Numbered from the stretch's first letter, positions 24,341 through 38,502 are shown. The stretch is 64,000 bases of DNA from Lingula anatina (GCA_051362555.1 CM120646.1:2356001-2420000); one strand, 5' to 3'. The notes: generated by a model not told the origin, from the letters alone. Program-made: numbers and translations.

Positions 24341-25725
24341 CAGGGTAACACAGATGGCCCAATAGACATCATTACATGTACGTACTACCTTGACAATCCA
24401 TGGGCCAAGGTTGGGAGAACAGGAATAGAAGCATATATCTTGGTGCGTTAGTCTCTCACACTCTGGGGAAAGACGCGGTTTATCTGGACAGTGGAGGTAA
24501 TCTACCATTGAATTCCACACATGGTTCTCCAGAAAATCTGCAGTTGCGTTCGTGTTGCAACAGGACCTTTCTCGGAAACTTGGACACTAGAAAAGAAAAA
24601 ATACTTAGGTTGAAATAAACGTGATGCATTCGACGCGATTTGGAAATATCCTTTACACTTTATGTTTTAGTAATACGAATAAGTGCAACATCTTGCTTGT
24701 CATAAAGAAGTAAACGCCATTTGAGTCCTTTTGAGCAGAAGCTGTGGCTTCTTAATCTTATGTTTTGAGAGGTACATTGTTAAATTTCATTGAGATATCA
24801 AAAACAGTATTGTTCAACATTAAGGAATGCTTTACATGCGTTTTAAATCGTACACCTCTTAACTTTAAAGTGATTAAAATAACCCTTTATGTTTTGAATA
24901 CTATCTCATCAGGTTATCAAAAAATTCCTCTTTTTACATTTTACATTGTGTCTGTTTGGCAGATCTGTAACAGCTTTATTCGTCCTTGAATGACAACATT
25001 AGATATTTATAGAGGTTTACCTCAAGTAACGTTTTTGTTTACGTTTTAACAAAGGATGATTACCAATCCTTGGGACTGATGTAATAAAACAGTTCATTGC
25101 ACCAGCACAGCTGTTTTAGTCGTTCAACAATTATTTTAAAAAGCACAACATATGAAATGCTTTTTTGACCTGTCAGTCTTTTCATTAAAATTGGCAAACG
25201 TGGCTGTTTATTTTTATCAGTCCTCTTATGTATGTTTTTTCACTTTTAGGCTACCATTATGTATATCATACATAAAAGTACTGAAATAATTGTACAATAG
25301 ATATCAGGTTGGACCAAAAATGTTGCTTGTTCTAATTATATACTGTCGTTTAAGTATTTATTTTCTGCAAACGCTGTAAGGTTTCCCTAGGGTTTCCCCA
25401 AAGAGGGACATTTCCCCTCAATATCCAGTTAAGCCAGTCTGAAGGAGACCGACATTAGGCAAAGAAATTAAATCGAAGACACATAACAAACAAGTTAAAA
25501 GCTATTCTAGGAATTTATCAATGTTAACAAGAAATACCTTTCTATTAATCTCAGGTTTTCTTACCAATACTTGACCATCTTATATTTATAGATCTACATG
25601 TACAATTTTGTCTCTATTATACACCATACACATGGTGTATACAATAAAACGAATGTTAGCAAAACCTTTCTCTCTCCCTCTCTTTTAGGCACACAAACCA
25701 TTTATGCGTTTTGACTATTTTTCAT

Positions 25726-25778
<53 letters not shown>

Positions 25779-25954
25779 CACACCCGCACCTCTAAATCTG
25801 GCTCGGGTGATGCAGTTGTCTTGCTGGCCCCTTCTACTGGCAAGCTAATACACATGTTCATATAGTCATCTGCAGTCTTCGGTTCACCAGCCTCAACTAA
25901 GACTTGTATGTTCAATAATACAATACTGAAGATCAGAATTGTCTTCATTATCAT
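23182..25954 (-). CDS. Secreted folate receptor / riboflavin-binding-like protein C
   Basis: Exons 25954-25790, 24586-24386, 24081-23952 and 23390-23182. Open frame, 16 Cys, ends AAAEKKATA*. Confidence 0.9.
23505..23816. mobile_element. MITE-like fragment with GCAAATTTGC motif repeats in gene C intron 3
   Basis: Absent from paralogous introns. Repeated GCAA/TTGC motifs ending TTTTACCAAGGG. Only one terminus is visible. Confidence 0.4.
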
Positions 25955-26542
25955 ACGTGTGGAGTTGAACAAAATGACGTGGAGCCCTCTTTCAATTGCA
26001 TATTGACGATAACTTGTCTGACGTAGCATTTGGATCATTGCTGTCATAGCCAATCAAATTGAAGTTATGTCGGTGACAGTATTACCATCAAAATAACGGT
26101 GCACAAAGCGTAATTGAGGACCGTCAGATCGCCGAGAGAAGACCATTACAAACATATTATTAGATTCTAGATCTGCATGTACTGTATCTTTTGCAGACTC
26201 ATACCTCCCAGTCCCTGCTATAATTCCTCAATTCTAGGACGCAATGGCATAAAATATACAAATAAAAGTGTATTTGTAACTCTTTCTGCCGACTAACATT
26301 TTTTATATACTGTATGTTAACTTATTAATTTTTTTTACAGTAAACACCTTGATAAAGTTTTGAAAAAAAAAAAAAAATTAAACATAATCAATTCCGGTAT
26401 CAAATGGTTTGTGTAACAGGTACAAGTATAGCTTGTTTCAGTTTTATTGTATTGACTTTTATATAGACCATATTCCAAAATCTTAGTGAAGCTTTACAGA
26501 AATGACATTACCTCAACCCCATCATCTCAACAGTGGGAGGAG

Positions 26543-27609
26543 CTATGCTAACAGTCGAGTGGAAAAGTCGTTTGGGGTTTGTTCTTTTTTGATGGACTGT
26601 GTATTTGTGGTAAACAGTAGGGTGGGAGCTGTAAAGTAGAACTTGGTACGTTGTGTTGGCTTCGAGCGTGGCACGGGTTCTGGTCTGAGTTCTGGATCAG
26701 AACTGGTTACGGGTTCTGGTCCATGATCTAGTTCTGAACTGGATACGGGTTCTATCTGGGTTCTGGTTCTGAACTGGGCACGGGTTCTGGTCTGGGCTCT
26801 GAACTGGGTAAGGGTTCTGGTTCGGGCTCTGGTTCCAAACTGGGTACGGGTTCTGGTCTGGGCTCTGGTTCTGAACTGGATACGGGTTCTGGTCTGGGCT
26901 CTGGTAATGAGCTGGGTAGGGTTCTGGTCTGGGCTCTGGTTCTGAACTGGGTACAGGTTCTTGTATGGGCTCTGGTTCTCAACTGGGTACGGGTTCTGGT
27001 CCATGATCTGGTTCTGAACTGGATGCAGGTTCTGGTCCATGATCTGGTTCTGAACTGGATACATGTTCTGGTCTATGATCTGGTTTTGAACTGGATACAG
27101 GTTCTGGTCTGGGCTCTGGTTCTGAACTGGGTACGGTTTTTGGTTTTGGGCTCTAGTTCTGAACTGGGTACGGTTTTTGGTTTTGGGCTCTAGTTCTGAA
27201 CTGTGTACGGGTTTTGGTTTGGGCTCTAGTTCGGAACCGGGTACAGGTTCTTGTGTGGGTTTTGGATATGAAATGGATACGGGTACTGATGTGGGTTCTG
27301 GTAGAGAACATGGTACAGGTACTGGTGTGGGTTCTGGTTCTGAACTGGGTACGGGTTCTGATCTGGGCTGTGGAATGAACTTGGTCTGGGTTCTGGTCCC
27401 GTTGCTGGTTCTGTAGTCGATACGGGTTCTGTTCTGGGTTTTGGTTCTGAACTGGTTACGGCATTGGGTCCCGGCCCTGGTTTTGAACTAAGTACAGATG
27501 GTAGAGAAGGCTGAAGAGACTCATTAGTTTGTGTCAGCGCCTCAATATCTGCATGATGGTTTACAAGCACGACGATAAAAACCAATTTTTTGTTCAAAAT
27601 CATAGCCAT
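26543..27609 (-). pseudogene. Putative secreted Pro/Glu/Ser-repeat protein gene, the most complete copy, multiply frameshifted
   Basis: ATG at 27609, preceded by an acceptor-like TTTTCAG and an in-frame TAA. N-terminus MAMILNKKLVFIVVLVNHHADIEA, then about 800 nt of 36-nt repeats ([12 protein letters not shown]), then a unique tail TKFYFTAPTLLFTTNTQSIKKEQTPNDFSTRLLA. Frameshifts at about 27375 and within the repeats. Confidence 0.55.
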
Positions 27610-28195
27610 GTCTTCCTCTTATATCTGAAAATAAAAACCATATTTATTTGTAAAACAAATCGGAAAATTCCAGAGAGCATTTTATGCAAGGTAAATTTGA
27701 TATATATGTAAATTCTTACTGTACCTTTCTAATTACTAAGCTAACATATAAGTTAGAATCGGCTTTAATATTTCTGACCAATTCACCAGTGAGGCTGGTG
27801 TCAAACAAGCAGAGAAACGGAGGAGAAAAGATAACACATCGGCGGAGGTAAAAATACCATCTTGTTAAGCTCAACTGTGCGTCTCTTTCCATAAACGCAT
27901 CAAGTCAAAATCAATTCATCATCGCCCGCATTATGTTCCTATGGTGTTAAGTGCATGACACATATTTTATATATATTACCCTTGATGCTAGGATTTGACC
28001 TTTACATTATACTTGGATTTACTACCACAACGTCCCAGCTTAACCAGGTACTGACCTATTAAGATCATTGTACCTCATCTTTTGCAGACTAATACCGGCC
28101 GTTCTTTGCTAAAACATCTTCATATTTTCAAATGTTGTGACAAATCCTTGTACTCGATGGTATGGAATATGCACATATACAGGGTAAATACTTAA

Positions 28196-28530
28196 AGGGA
28201 TTATAATTCTTCGTTTAAGATCTATATTTCACAATAAAAACATTGTAAATGACTCAAAGAAATATAATATATATTATGTTTTAACAAAAACGGCAGTTAT
28301 AGCTATTGTTCTTATATTAGAGCTTGTCATCGGACCACGTGACCTCCATAGTTGGTTATACTCTGTAATAATCTCTTAAGAGATTATAACAAAAAAAAAA
28401 AACAAAAACAAAAAAAAATATATATATATATATTAGAAAAAACAGGATTAATTAACCATTGGTAAGTATGGGGATATTTTTGTTTACCCCAGGAAAATTA
28501 TTTTTTTTACCCAAAATGAACAGTTATCCG
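28196..28530. mobile_element. Degenerate Kolobok-like MITE
   Basis: TTAA|AGGGATTATAATTCTTCGT at the left end, internal similarity to 18499-18835, and TTAA at 28531. Confidence 0.65.
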
Positions 28531-28729
28531 TTAAATATGGAATATTATTTTTGGGCGAGTACATTTTCTACAAAAGGTGAGTTACCTTATTACCACACAG
28601 CTCTCGAAACTACTGATGCATGCACTGATGCATGCAGTTGTTCTGTGGTCATAATTGTGAGGGGTGGTCTTATAGGCAATTTCTGCTCTTGTATATAAAC
28701 ACGTGTTTGGTCAATCTTTGGAGTGTATT

Positions 28730-29455
28730 TTGAGAAGCAACAAAGGTATCGCTCTGAAACTGGACAGGTACCTTAGAACTTGACCAGGGTTTCCACGTAT
28801 CACAACACGAGGGCAGGATCGCCTTCTCCTTAGAGTGCGCCGTGCTGGTCGTACAAAGACAACCAGTGCCCTCAAAAAAGAGTGGCAAAATGTCATTCAA
28901 ACGCCCGTTCCAAGGCCCCTCGTGAACAAGAGATTACTGCAAGTCGGTTATTTTGCACGGTGACCAGTACGGAAAGCACTGTTCACAGCAGGCCATATAA
29001 AGCAACGTCTGAAATGGGCTGGTGACCCAGCGCATTTGCGGCCAAACCAGTTTAATCAAGTCGTTTTCAGTGATGAGGCCAGATATGGATTTTTTGGAGT
29101 TGACGTTCAAATCGTTGTCCGCCAATGTGTACAAGAGCAACACAGCTGATTGTGCACTACCTAGGGTGCAAGCAGGGGTTTTAACGTCTCTGTTTGGAGA
29201 GGCGTTTCATACCAGTGCCCAGAACCAGTTGGTTTTACTAGAAGACAACCTCAACCAGGATTCCTACATAGATATTCTACAGCAAACTATGCTTACATTT
29301 GTAAGAGTCATCTTCAGGAACAACTTTTTCTACCAAGACGACTACCCATCCCCACATCGAGCTCACAGAATCACTGTTTGTTTTCAAAACCAATAGGTTC
29401 AGCAACTGCCCAGGCCCTCCCCAGATATGAACCCAATTGAAAATCTGTGGTCGAA
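28730..29455 (+). mobile_element. Tc1/mariner transposase remnant
   Basis: Degenerate Tc1 motifs: PRITTRGQDR, NLNQDSYIDILQQ, FFYQDDYPSPHRA and PSPDMNPIENLW. A related 5' fragment lies at about 33190-33440. Confidence 0.75.
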
Positions 29456-29712
29456 CGAAACTCATAAAAGTGATAAACGGCTTAAATATTTCTGACCTAT
29501 TCTGAAATTTTCATCAAAATCCATCCATTGATTTTGGAGTTAGGCTGGTGTCCAACAAGCAGACAAACGGAGGTGAAAAGATAACACCCCGGCTGAGGTA
29601 ATAAAACCTTGTTACGCTTACCTGTGCGTCTCTTTCTGTTAACACACCAGGTTAAAATCAATTTATCAGCGCCCGCATTTATTTTCCTGTGGTGTTAAGT
29701 GCATGACATATA

Positions 29713-31372
29713 CAGACTTGACATTTAATATGGAATATTTTAGTTTCGAAGGTATACCTAGATAAAAATACGTTCTTTTTTCAAAAAACTCCGATCTCAT
29801 ATAAGATTTGTGAATGTAAAAGTGTGCAGTCAGGTGTGTTACTACCAATTAACTGACTTTCATGCCTGTTGCGCTGCTACAGTATGTAATTTGCAGTGAT
29901 TTAATTGGGTAGTGTTCCTTTGGGCTGATCAAAGCTTGGCTTAGGCAAAGCTTGGTTCTGTCAAAAAAGTATCCATATTTCGGCAACTACTGCATAGAAG
30001 AATTTGAAATTTTGCATGCAAGCGGTCAGTTTTGCAGTGCGTAAGATGAGTCAAGTAGTGCATTACAAATTTGTTAATCTAAGGCAGAATGGCGCGAAAA
30101 AGACAGACATAACCAGACAGATCATAGCGCCAAACGGAACGGTCCCCACAGTTTTATAGAGTAATGCCCAGACTGATGTACCTACACAGAGGTCACCCCC
30201 AATGTATCAAAATTTTACCTACAGGGTACAGGACCCACTGTCTTTCGGGATACGCTGGTGCAACTAAACAAAAACACTTAGTCCGTTCAGAACGAGGGGT
30301 AAATTGCCACTAAAATGCGTTTTTCAAAGTCCTTAGCGAACACCAAACTGGTTTTAGCAGGTAAGAACACCAAATGACCTCCGAGGTACCCACTGTATAC
30401 AGCAAAACATCGTCGTCTGTTTCTCTAATGAATTGGGGGCCATGAACGATTCTAGGTAGAACACTGAAACTGCGTGGCTTTCTTTATTGAGGTCAGATTT
30501 CACCTGTACCGCCCAATTAGTCAAAACAGAGTTTACAGATATCCAGAGGAGGCCTACGACGAAGCATATGCCAGGTCTTAAGTGACAAGGGTGATTGACA
30601 GCGTCAGTATTTGGAGTAGATTCCATATTGGTGCCAAAACACCAACGGTAGTCCTTGACAAAAACCTGAACCAGATTAAATAAAGGAATAATCTCGAAAC
30701 CACTTGACTATCATTTGATAGGGGGCACCTTAGGAACAATTCAAGGTTGCACGATGAGGTTGCAGGTTCACACAGAGCACTTTTAATAGCAGATAACTTA
30801 CAGAACCAAGGGAATGAGCAGCTACCCTGGTCATCAAAATCGCCACATTTGAACCACATAGACAATATTTCGGTAGACCATTACTCACCAATCAACTGCC
30901 TACATGTCCTACAACAAAACTGGACCAGGTTGGACAATTTTAGACCGATGCCTGGAATGCTAATCCAGAATGAACTCTAAAAACCTACCCCCAAGAAATG
31001 CCTTGCCCTTGAGAGCCCTGGCAATAGCCACGAAGAGGCCAGGCGTAACAACGACCATTACTGTGACTAGCAACTGACATGAGGGTCTTTTGTGGAGCGT
31101 ATTACCCTTTTACAGACGATAATTTGGAAAATATGGAGATCCAAAATCTCTCTTTTAATGGGAGTCGTATGACATAGAATAGGCAATGTCTTTTTGTTTG
31201 CTTCTCTGGCGAATTCCATTAATGAACTGATGTCACAATGACATCAAAGAGATAATTTAAAGTTATTAAAACACGATTTTAATCCTTATTTTCATTTATC
31301 AGTCAGCAAAATAGGAAAAATCCGATAAAAAATTATTTCGAAAAAAATATTCCATATTAAATGTCAAGTCTG
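29713..31372 (+). mobile_element. Tc1/mariner-like element, copy 1 (decayed transposase)
   Basis: 28-bp TIR CAGACTTGACATTTAATATGGAATATTT with TA TSD. Remnant LPWSSKSPHLNHIDNI corresponds to the WPSxSPDLNPIEN motif. Confidence 0.85.
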
Positions 31373-31383
31373 TATTTTATATA

Positions 31384-33038
31384 CAGACTTGACATTTAAT
31401 ATGGAATATTTTTTCCAAATCATAATTCATCAGTTTTTTTCCTATTTTGTTTACTGATAAATGAAAATAAGGATTAAAATCGTGTTTTAATAACTTTTGA
31501 TAATCTATTCGATGTCAGTGTGACATCAGTTCATTAACTGAATTCGCCAGTGAAGCATACAAAATACATTGCCTATTTTAAGTCATACGAAAACCATTGA
31601 AAGCGATATTTTGGATCCCCATATTTTCCTAATTATTGTCTTTAAAAGAGTTACACGTCCCGCAAAGGCCCCCCATGTCAGTGTCTAGTCACAGCAACAG
31701 TCGCTGTTACGCCTGACCTCATCTTGCTGCTACCAGAGGTTTTCAAACCGCAAGGTATTCCTTATGATAGGTTTTTAGAGTTTAATCTGACATAAAATTC
31801 CAGGCAACGGTTAAAACTTGTCCAATTTGTCTCAGTTTTGTTGTAGGACATACAGGCCGTTGATACGGCGAGTAATGACCTACCGACAAATTGTCTATGT
31901 GGTTCAATTAGGGCGATTTTGATGACCAAGGTAGCTACTCATTCCCTTGGTTCTGTAAGTTTTTTGCTATTAAAGTGCTCTGTGTGAACCGGCAATCTCA
32001 TCGTGCAACCTAAAATTGTTCCTAAGGCGTCCCCTATCAAATGATAGTCAAGTGGTTCCCAGATTATTCCTTTATTTGATCTGGTTCAGGTTTTCATCGA
32101 TGACTACCATTGGTGTTTTGGCACCAATGTGGTATCCGATCCAAATACTGACACTGTCAATGACCCTGGTCACTTAAGAAGTGACACACGTTTCGTCGTA
32201 GGCCTCTTCGGGATGTCTGTAAACTCTGTTTTGAACAGTTTAGCAGTACAGGTGAAGTTTGACCTCAATAAAGAAAGCCACGCGGTTTCAGTGTTCTACC
32301 CAGAAACGGTCATGGTCCCCAATTCATTAGAGAAACATACTACGCTGCTTTGCTGTTTACAGTGGCTTTCTCAGAGGTCATCTGGTATCTTAACCTGCTG
32401 AAACCAATTTGGTGTTCGCTAAGAGCCTTGAAAAACGCGTTTTGGTGACAATTTGTCCCTTACTCAAAACGGACTGGGTTGTTTTGGTTTAATTGCAGCA
32501 GCATATCCTGAAGGACAGTGAGTCCTGTACCCTGGTGGTAAGACGTCAATGCATTGGGCGTGGTCTCTGTGTAGGTACATCAGTCTGGGCATTACTCTAT
32601 AAAACTGTATAGACCATTCCCTTTGACACAATAATCTGTCTGGCAATGTCTGTGCTTTTCGCGCCATTCTGGCACAGCTTAACAATTTTATAAAACACTG
32701 CTTAACTCATTTTACGCACTGCAAAACCGACCGCTTGCATACAAAATTTCAAATTCTTCTATGCAGTAGTTGCCGATATATGGATACTTTTTTGACAGAA
32801 CCATGCTTCGCCAAAGCCAAGCTTTGACCAGCCCAAAGGAGCACTGCCCAAATAAATCACTGCATATTACACAAGGCAACAGAGCAACAGACTTGGTAGT
32901 CAGTTAATTGGCAGCGACACACCTGACTTCACACTTCTCCAGTCAGATGTTTATATGAGATCTGAATTTGTTGAAAAACGCATTTTTACCTAGGTATACC
33001 TTTAAAACTGAAATATTCCATATTAAATGTCAAGTCTG
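31384..33038 (-). mobile_element. Tc1/mariner-like element, copy 2, inverted relative to copy 1
   Basis: Same 28-bp TIRs and TA TSD. The interior is a diverged reverse complement of 29713-31372. Confidence 0.85.
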
Positions 33039-33833
33039 TATATTCACTATTTGACCTTTACATTATACATGAATTAACTATCACAATATCCCAACTTACC
33101 AAGGTACCGACCTATTCAGGTTATTGTACCTCAACTTTTGCAGACTAAAACCGGTCGGTCTTTGCTAAAAATTCTTCATCTTTTCAACTGGGAACCGTTA
33201 GTAAAGTCCTCCAAAGAAATGCTACAGCAGGGCCGCCTCCTCCAAGACCACGACCAGGGCGTCCGAGTATCACAACAAGCAGACAGGATCGCATTGTTCT
33301 TAGAGTGCACCGTGCTGGTCGTACAAAGACAACCAGTGTCCTCAGAAAAGAGTAGCAGAATGTCTTTCAAACGCCCGTTTCAAGGTCCCTCGTGAACAAG
33401 AGATTACTGCAAGCCGGTTATTTCGCACGAAGACCAGTACTGGCGGTACGGATAGCAATCGTAAAATTCCAAAGAGCATTTTATGCAAGGTAAATTTATA
33501 TATCCGTAAAGTACTTTACCTTTCTAATTACTAAGCTAACATAAAAGTGATACACGGCTTTAATATTTCTGATCTATTTCTGAAAATTTTCATCAAAACC
33601 CATCCATTAGTTTTTGAGTTAGGCTGGTGTCAAACAAACAGACAAACAGAGGTTAAAAGATCATTGCGAATGAATAAAACCAGTTCCTGAGGTCAAATTA
33701 TTGGCGGAATGAAGACCTGTTAACAACATTTGCCTGTTATTGGACTATCTAGTCACTCAAATTATCTACGCCAAAATGGGTCTGCCTTAATGTTAACATT
33801 TATGTTATTACCTACTTTTATTCACAATTCATA

Positions 33834-34065
33834 GTGACCATTCCCACAGATTTTGGATCGATCTATCTCCCTGGGAAGTCTCGCTAAATTGCGCTCAAAT
33901 TAACCGGCTTAAATGTCTGTCATGCCTAGTAAAGCTGTCTTTACCCTAGCTGATTCGGTAGGCATGACAGACATTTAAGCCTCTTGGGCTGATAGCAATT
34001 AAGCGTGAACCCCTCAGGGAGTTAGGCCGATCCAGATGGATAAATCTAAGTATGAGAACCCGGTC
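33834..34065. mobile_element. PIF/Harbinger-like MITE
   Basis: 3-bp ATA duplication, with an empty site CTTCATAGAGTAAAA at about 46266. Internal palindrome GGCTTAAATGTCTGTCATGCC. Related to 58420-58644. Confidence 0.65.
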
Positions 34066-35474
34066 ATAGGGTAGATTGCTTTATATCTAGGTCTGATGCA
34101 GCATTTAGTTTCACATGCTGTCAGCTTAATGATGCAGGTATTGCAACGAAAACGTAAACAACGGTCCAAAATAATGAATGGTAGGCTGCCAAATGAATGA
34201 CAAGGGAAGCCTTAGAAAGGCATTTGTTATTTTGTTATACAAAGTCAATAAATACATTTTTCATAATATACAGATTGTTCAAATATTATTTTTCCGTTTC
34301 ATTTTTTAGACGGCCGATATTGCCAAATACCAGACGATTGCACCCCAGTATTTGCTTCCAGATATTGCATGTTGAGTTTTCAATAGGGTCATCATTGGCC
34401 AAAAAAAATTTTTTTTGTCGTAGCAGATAAAAAAAGCTTCATATTTAGCAAGATAAGCTGAACTCAAGAGTTAGAGAACTTGGGTTTGCTCGTGGTATTA
34501 TGTTATATTCTATTGTCATGTTTATCATGTAAAAAGCAAAGTAACGAAGTAATAACACCCTATTTTGTAGAGCTTTATCTGATTATGCAGAGAATCTACA
34601 AGCGCACAATTCATCTAAATTCTAACTTTAGCCACAATGCGGTTTCATGCAGTCGCCTTTTCCTCGGCAGCAGCTTGAGCTACGGCTGTATTTGGGTTTG
34701 GTTTCGATGTGTCGAAGGCGAACACCATGCAGGGTTCCGCGTCTGGCACCACCTTGTAGGCACCGTGCCATATGGTGTTGCAAAAGTCGGCCGCAGAGCT
34801 GTAGAGCTCTTTGTATTTCCTACACACCGAGCCCTCCTTGCAGCTGTTTATCTCTAGAATATAATTCAATATTATTTACCGTGATTATGTTTATAGTGCA
34901 TGTGGCTATCTGAAGGACAGTGATTCACTTTAGATAACTGATGTGGTGGGATAAATTTCACTTTATCATTTCATTAAATGTACATGTAGTAGAACATCTG
35001 TTTGGATGAAATATATTACGTCCGCATCTTTAGGGGCTAAGGTCGTCTAAAATCGCATCAGTTTAAATCAAATCCCTGTACCTATAATCAGATGACGTCA
35101 CTCACCTTGAACGTTCCAGTCCATGTCCATGACAAGTGTATTCCTCTTTACAGGCATTCCACCATTTTTTACATTGGCTGGCACAAATTGGTGCCTGATC
35201 AAGGTGGTCGATATCCGGATATTTATACTGTAATGAAATAAAAGTGAGAGGTAAAAAACGACAGGGAGAGAGGGAGGGAGAGATTGCTTTTAGGTATCTT
35301 ACTCGTGACTTTTCTTCTGATTACTTCTATCATGATTCCCCATCTTTTGTATGCACAATATTCACTTTAGCAACTGCATACAAAATGACACCAATTCCTT
35401 TTATTCAGAGAAAAGCGTGGATAAACATAGGATATTAGTCAACCCGGCTATTGCAAAATACATTTTCTTTGCAT

Positions 35475-35557
<83 letters not shown>

Positions 35558-36023
35558 AGGGAAACACAGATGACCTAACAGACAACATTAAATGTACGTA
35601 CTGCCTTGGCAATCCACGGGCCGAGATTTGGTGAGCAGGCATAGAAGCACATTTCTTGGTGCGTTAGTCTCTCGCACTTTGGGGAGAGACGCGGTTTCTC
35701 TGGACAGTGGACGTAATTTACCACTGTTCCCCACACGTGGTTCTCCAGGAAATCTGCAGTTACGTTCGTGTTGCAGCAAGATTTTTCTCGGAAACTGGGA
35801 CACTATAGAAAAATAAACACTTAGGTTGAAATGAACATAATGTAATTGCCGCGACTCAGCAAAATCAGTTACACTTAAGTATAATATATATTACCTAAAA
35901 GTATTGCTTGTCATAAAGAAATAAACGGCACTTCAGTCCTTATGTGCAAAAACTGTGCTAGTAGGTTCACATAGAATAAAATCTTTATTAAGATAACAAA
36001 ACATTTGCAACATTATTGCTTAA

Positions 36024-36361
36024 AGGGATAATAACTCTTCGTTTTGGCCAAAAAAAATGAATTTTCCTGGAGAAAACAACAATTTTCCCATACTTACCAA
36101 TGGTTAATGAATCCATTTTTACATTCAAATTTAGTCCCTGGTTTTTTCTAAAAAATTTGGTTTTTTGTTAAAATCTCTTAAGAGATTATAACAGAGTATA
36201 GCCATCAATGGAGGTCACGTGATTTGAAGACCAGCTCAGATATCATAATAATAGCTATAACTGCCGTTTTCGTCGTAAAACAGAATATATTATATTTCTA
36301 TGAGTTATTTACAATGTTTTTATTGTGAAATACAGATTTCATACGAAGAGTTATTATCCCT
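36024..36361. mobile_element. Kolobok-like MITE (338 bp)
   Basis: Perfect 19-bp TIR AGGGATAATAACTCTTCGT with TTAA TSD. Empty sites ATTATTGCTTAACAT at about 59263 and 63637. Confidence 0.85.
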
Positions 36362-38502
36362 TTAACATAAAGTGCTTAGTGCGTTTTACGTGTGTTTTTA
36401 ATCGCACACTTTGTCTCTTTAAATGTATTTAAAATAACCCTTAATAATTTGGATACTTTCATATTAGCTTACATATACATGTATTAAGCGTGTTTTTAGT
36501 TAACAGAGTACTCAATTATGCAGAGCATTCATAGACAATTACAAATAGATAAATAAATAAATAAACATGAGACATGTGTGAACCCCAACCATGAGTTTCT
36601 CCGATCACAATTTTTTTTAAATCTTAAAAAAAATCTTGAAACTTTTTTGCTTCCGTTTGGCAGATCTTGTGTGAAAACAAGGGCGTCTGACGTCACAGTT
36701 TTAATCGTCCTTGAATGAGAACATGTCTGACATTTATGGTATCATAACAGTTCCCCCCCCCCCCCCCCACACACACACAGTAAAGAGTGTAAAGTTCAAA
36801 ACATTTCACCTACATTTCTAAAGTTTTAAGTTTGATAATGCAACTCCATCTTTAAACGAAATGACTCAGATTTGACATATATGGTGACTAGTTCATTTTC
36901 ATTTATGTTACATTTATGTAACATTTATATCTATGGTGTTTGAACAAAGGATGATTACCAACGTCTGGAAATGGCGTCATAAAAACAGTTTACTGTACCA
37001 GCATTGCTTAAGTCTTTGATCTTTGATTTAAGTGACAAGCCTATTTTGAACTGTCAGTCTTTTCATTAAAATTGGCAAACCTGTCTGTTAATTTTTATCA
37101 GTCCTCTAATGTTTTTTTATTTTTTATTTTTATTTTTTTTATTTTTATTTTTTTTGCGTTATTCCTGTATTTCATAGGTTACAGTTCTGGAATATTTGTA
37201 TGATAGATTGCAGGCTGAACCAAAATGTTGCTCGTTTTATTTTTTATGCTGTCGTTTTGCTATTTATTTCCCCCAACCCGTCAAATATTTCGCTAACGTT
37301 TCCCGAGCTTTTTCTTGCATGGAAATAGCCTTATTTCTCATACTAATGGCAGTACTTGACCAGCATACTGTCCTATTTTTCCACACAAATTTCTTTTAAA
37401 AAAAAGCTGCAACCACAATCAACAAAGAATAGAGACTGTCAAAGCAAACATTCGTCAGGAAATTCATTGGATTCTTTAGAGCACTTATAGTGAATTTTAA
37501 ATAAATGTCATCACAGATCTCAAGTATAAGTATGTGAGAATGACATAATAAACTGCTGCAGTTAACGAAACACCGTAATTTGGAGGCGTACGTTTGTCTA
37601 GCTCACTGCTGAAGTCGAAACTATGGTCATGTCGTTATGGGTAAAGATATCCATTGATTGTTTACAGCACAGATAATGTACCTCTATAAAATTTAACCTC
37701 GCAAATGACTAGTCAGTTTAAGATGAAGGTCTTCTAACAGATAAGCCAGTCTGAAGGAGATGTCAACCGACATTAGGTAAACAATTACAATAAAACCAAC
37801 CCAATGTCCTCTAGAAGACCAAGTGCACATAACAATCGAGTTATTTTAAGAATTTATCAATGTTCAGTTGATAGCAAGATGTATGGCGTGTCTTAAAGAG
37901 TCATCTTTCTCCTATGCTTAATTTCGTGGTGTTATTTCCAGTACTCGACCATCTTATATTTCTAAATCTACATGCACCATATTGTCACTAAATTTTACAC
38001 GTCACCATGCACATTATGTATTCAACGAAACGAATGTCAGCAAAACCTCTCTCTCTCGTTATCACACAATCATATTTGTGTACGCATTTTCACTTACTTT
38101 CTCATTCTTATTTTCTCTCTGTCTCACACACACACCCATGCGTGCAAAAAATAAAATTATTATACATACATACATACATACATACACAAGCTCGCACGCA
38201 CCTCCAAATCTGGCTCGGGTGATGGAGCTGTCTTGCTAGCCCCTTCCATTGGCAAGGTAACACACATGTTCATATAGTCATCTGCAGTCTTCGGTTTACC
38301 AGCCTGAACTAAGACTTGTATGTTTAATAATACAAGACTGAAGATCAGAATTGTCTTCATTATCATACGTGTGGAGTTGAACAAAATGATGTGTGATCCT
38401 CTTAACCCTCTTATCTTTTATATTGACAGTACCTGTCTAGTAGGTTCACATAGAATAAAATCTTTATTAAGATAACAAAACATTTGCAACATTATTGCTT
38501 AA

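Noticed and set aside
26660-27480. Regular 36-nt repeats as a possible CRISPR array
   Set aside because: The repeats are contiguous and degenerate with no unique spacers and no cas genes, in a eukaryotic context.
30354-32401. Pair of similar 90-aa ORFs (30354-30626 minus, 32129-32401 plus)
   Set aside because: Both are antisense frames of the decayed Tc1 transposase in the two inverted copies.
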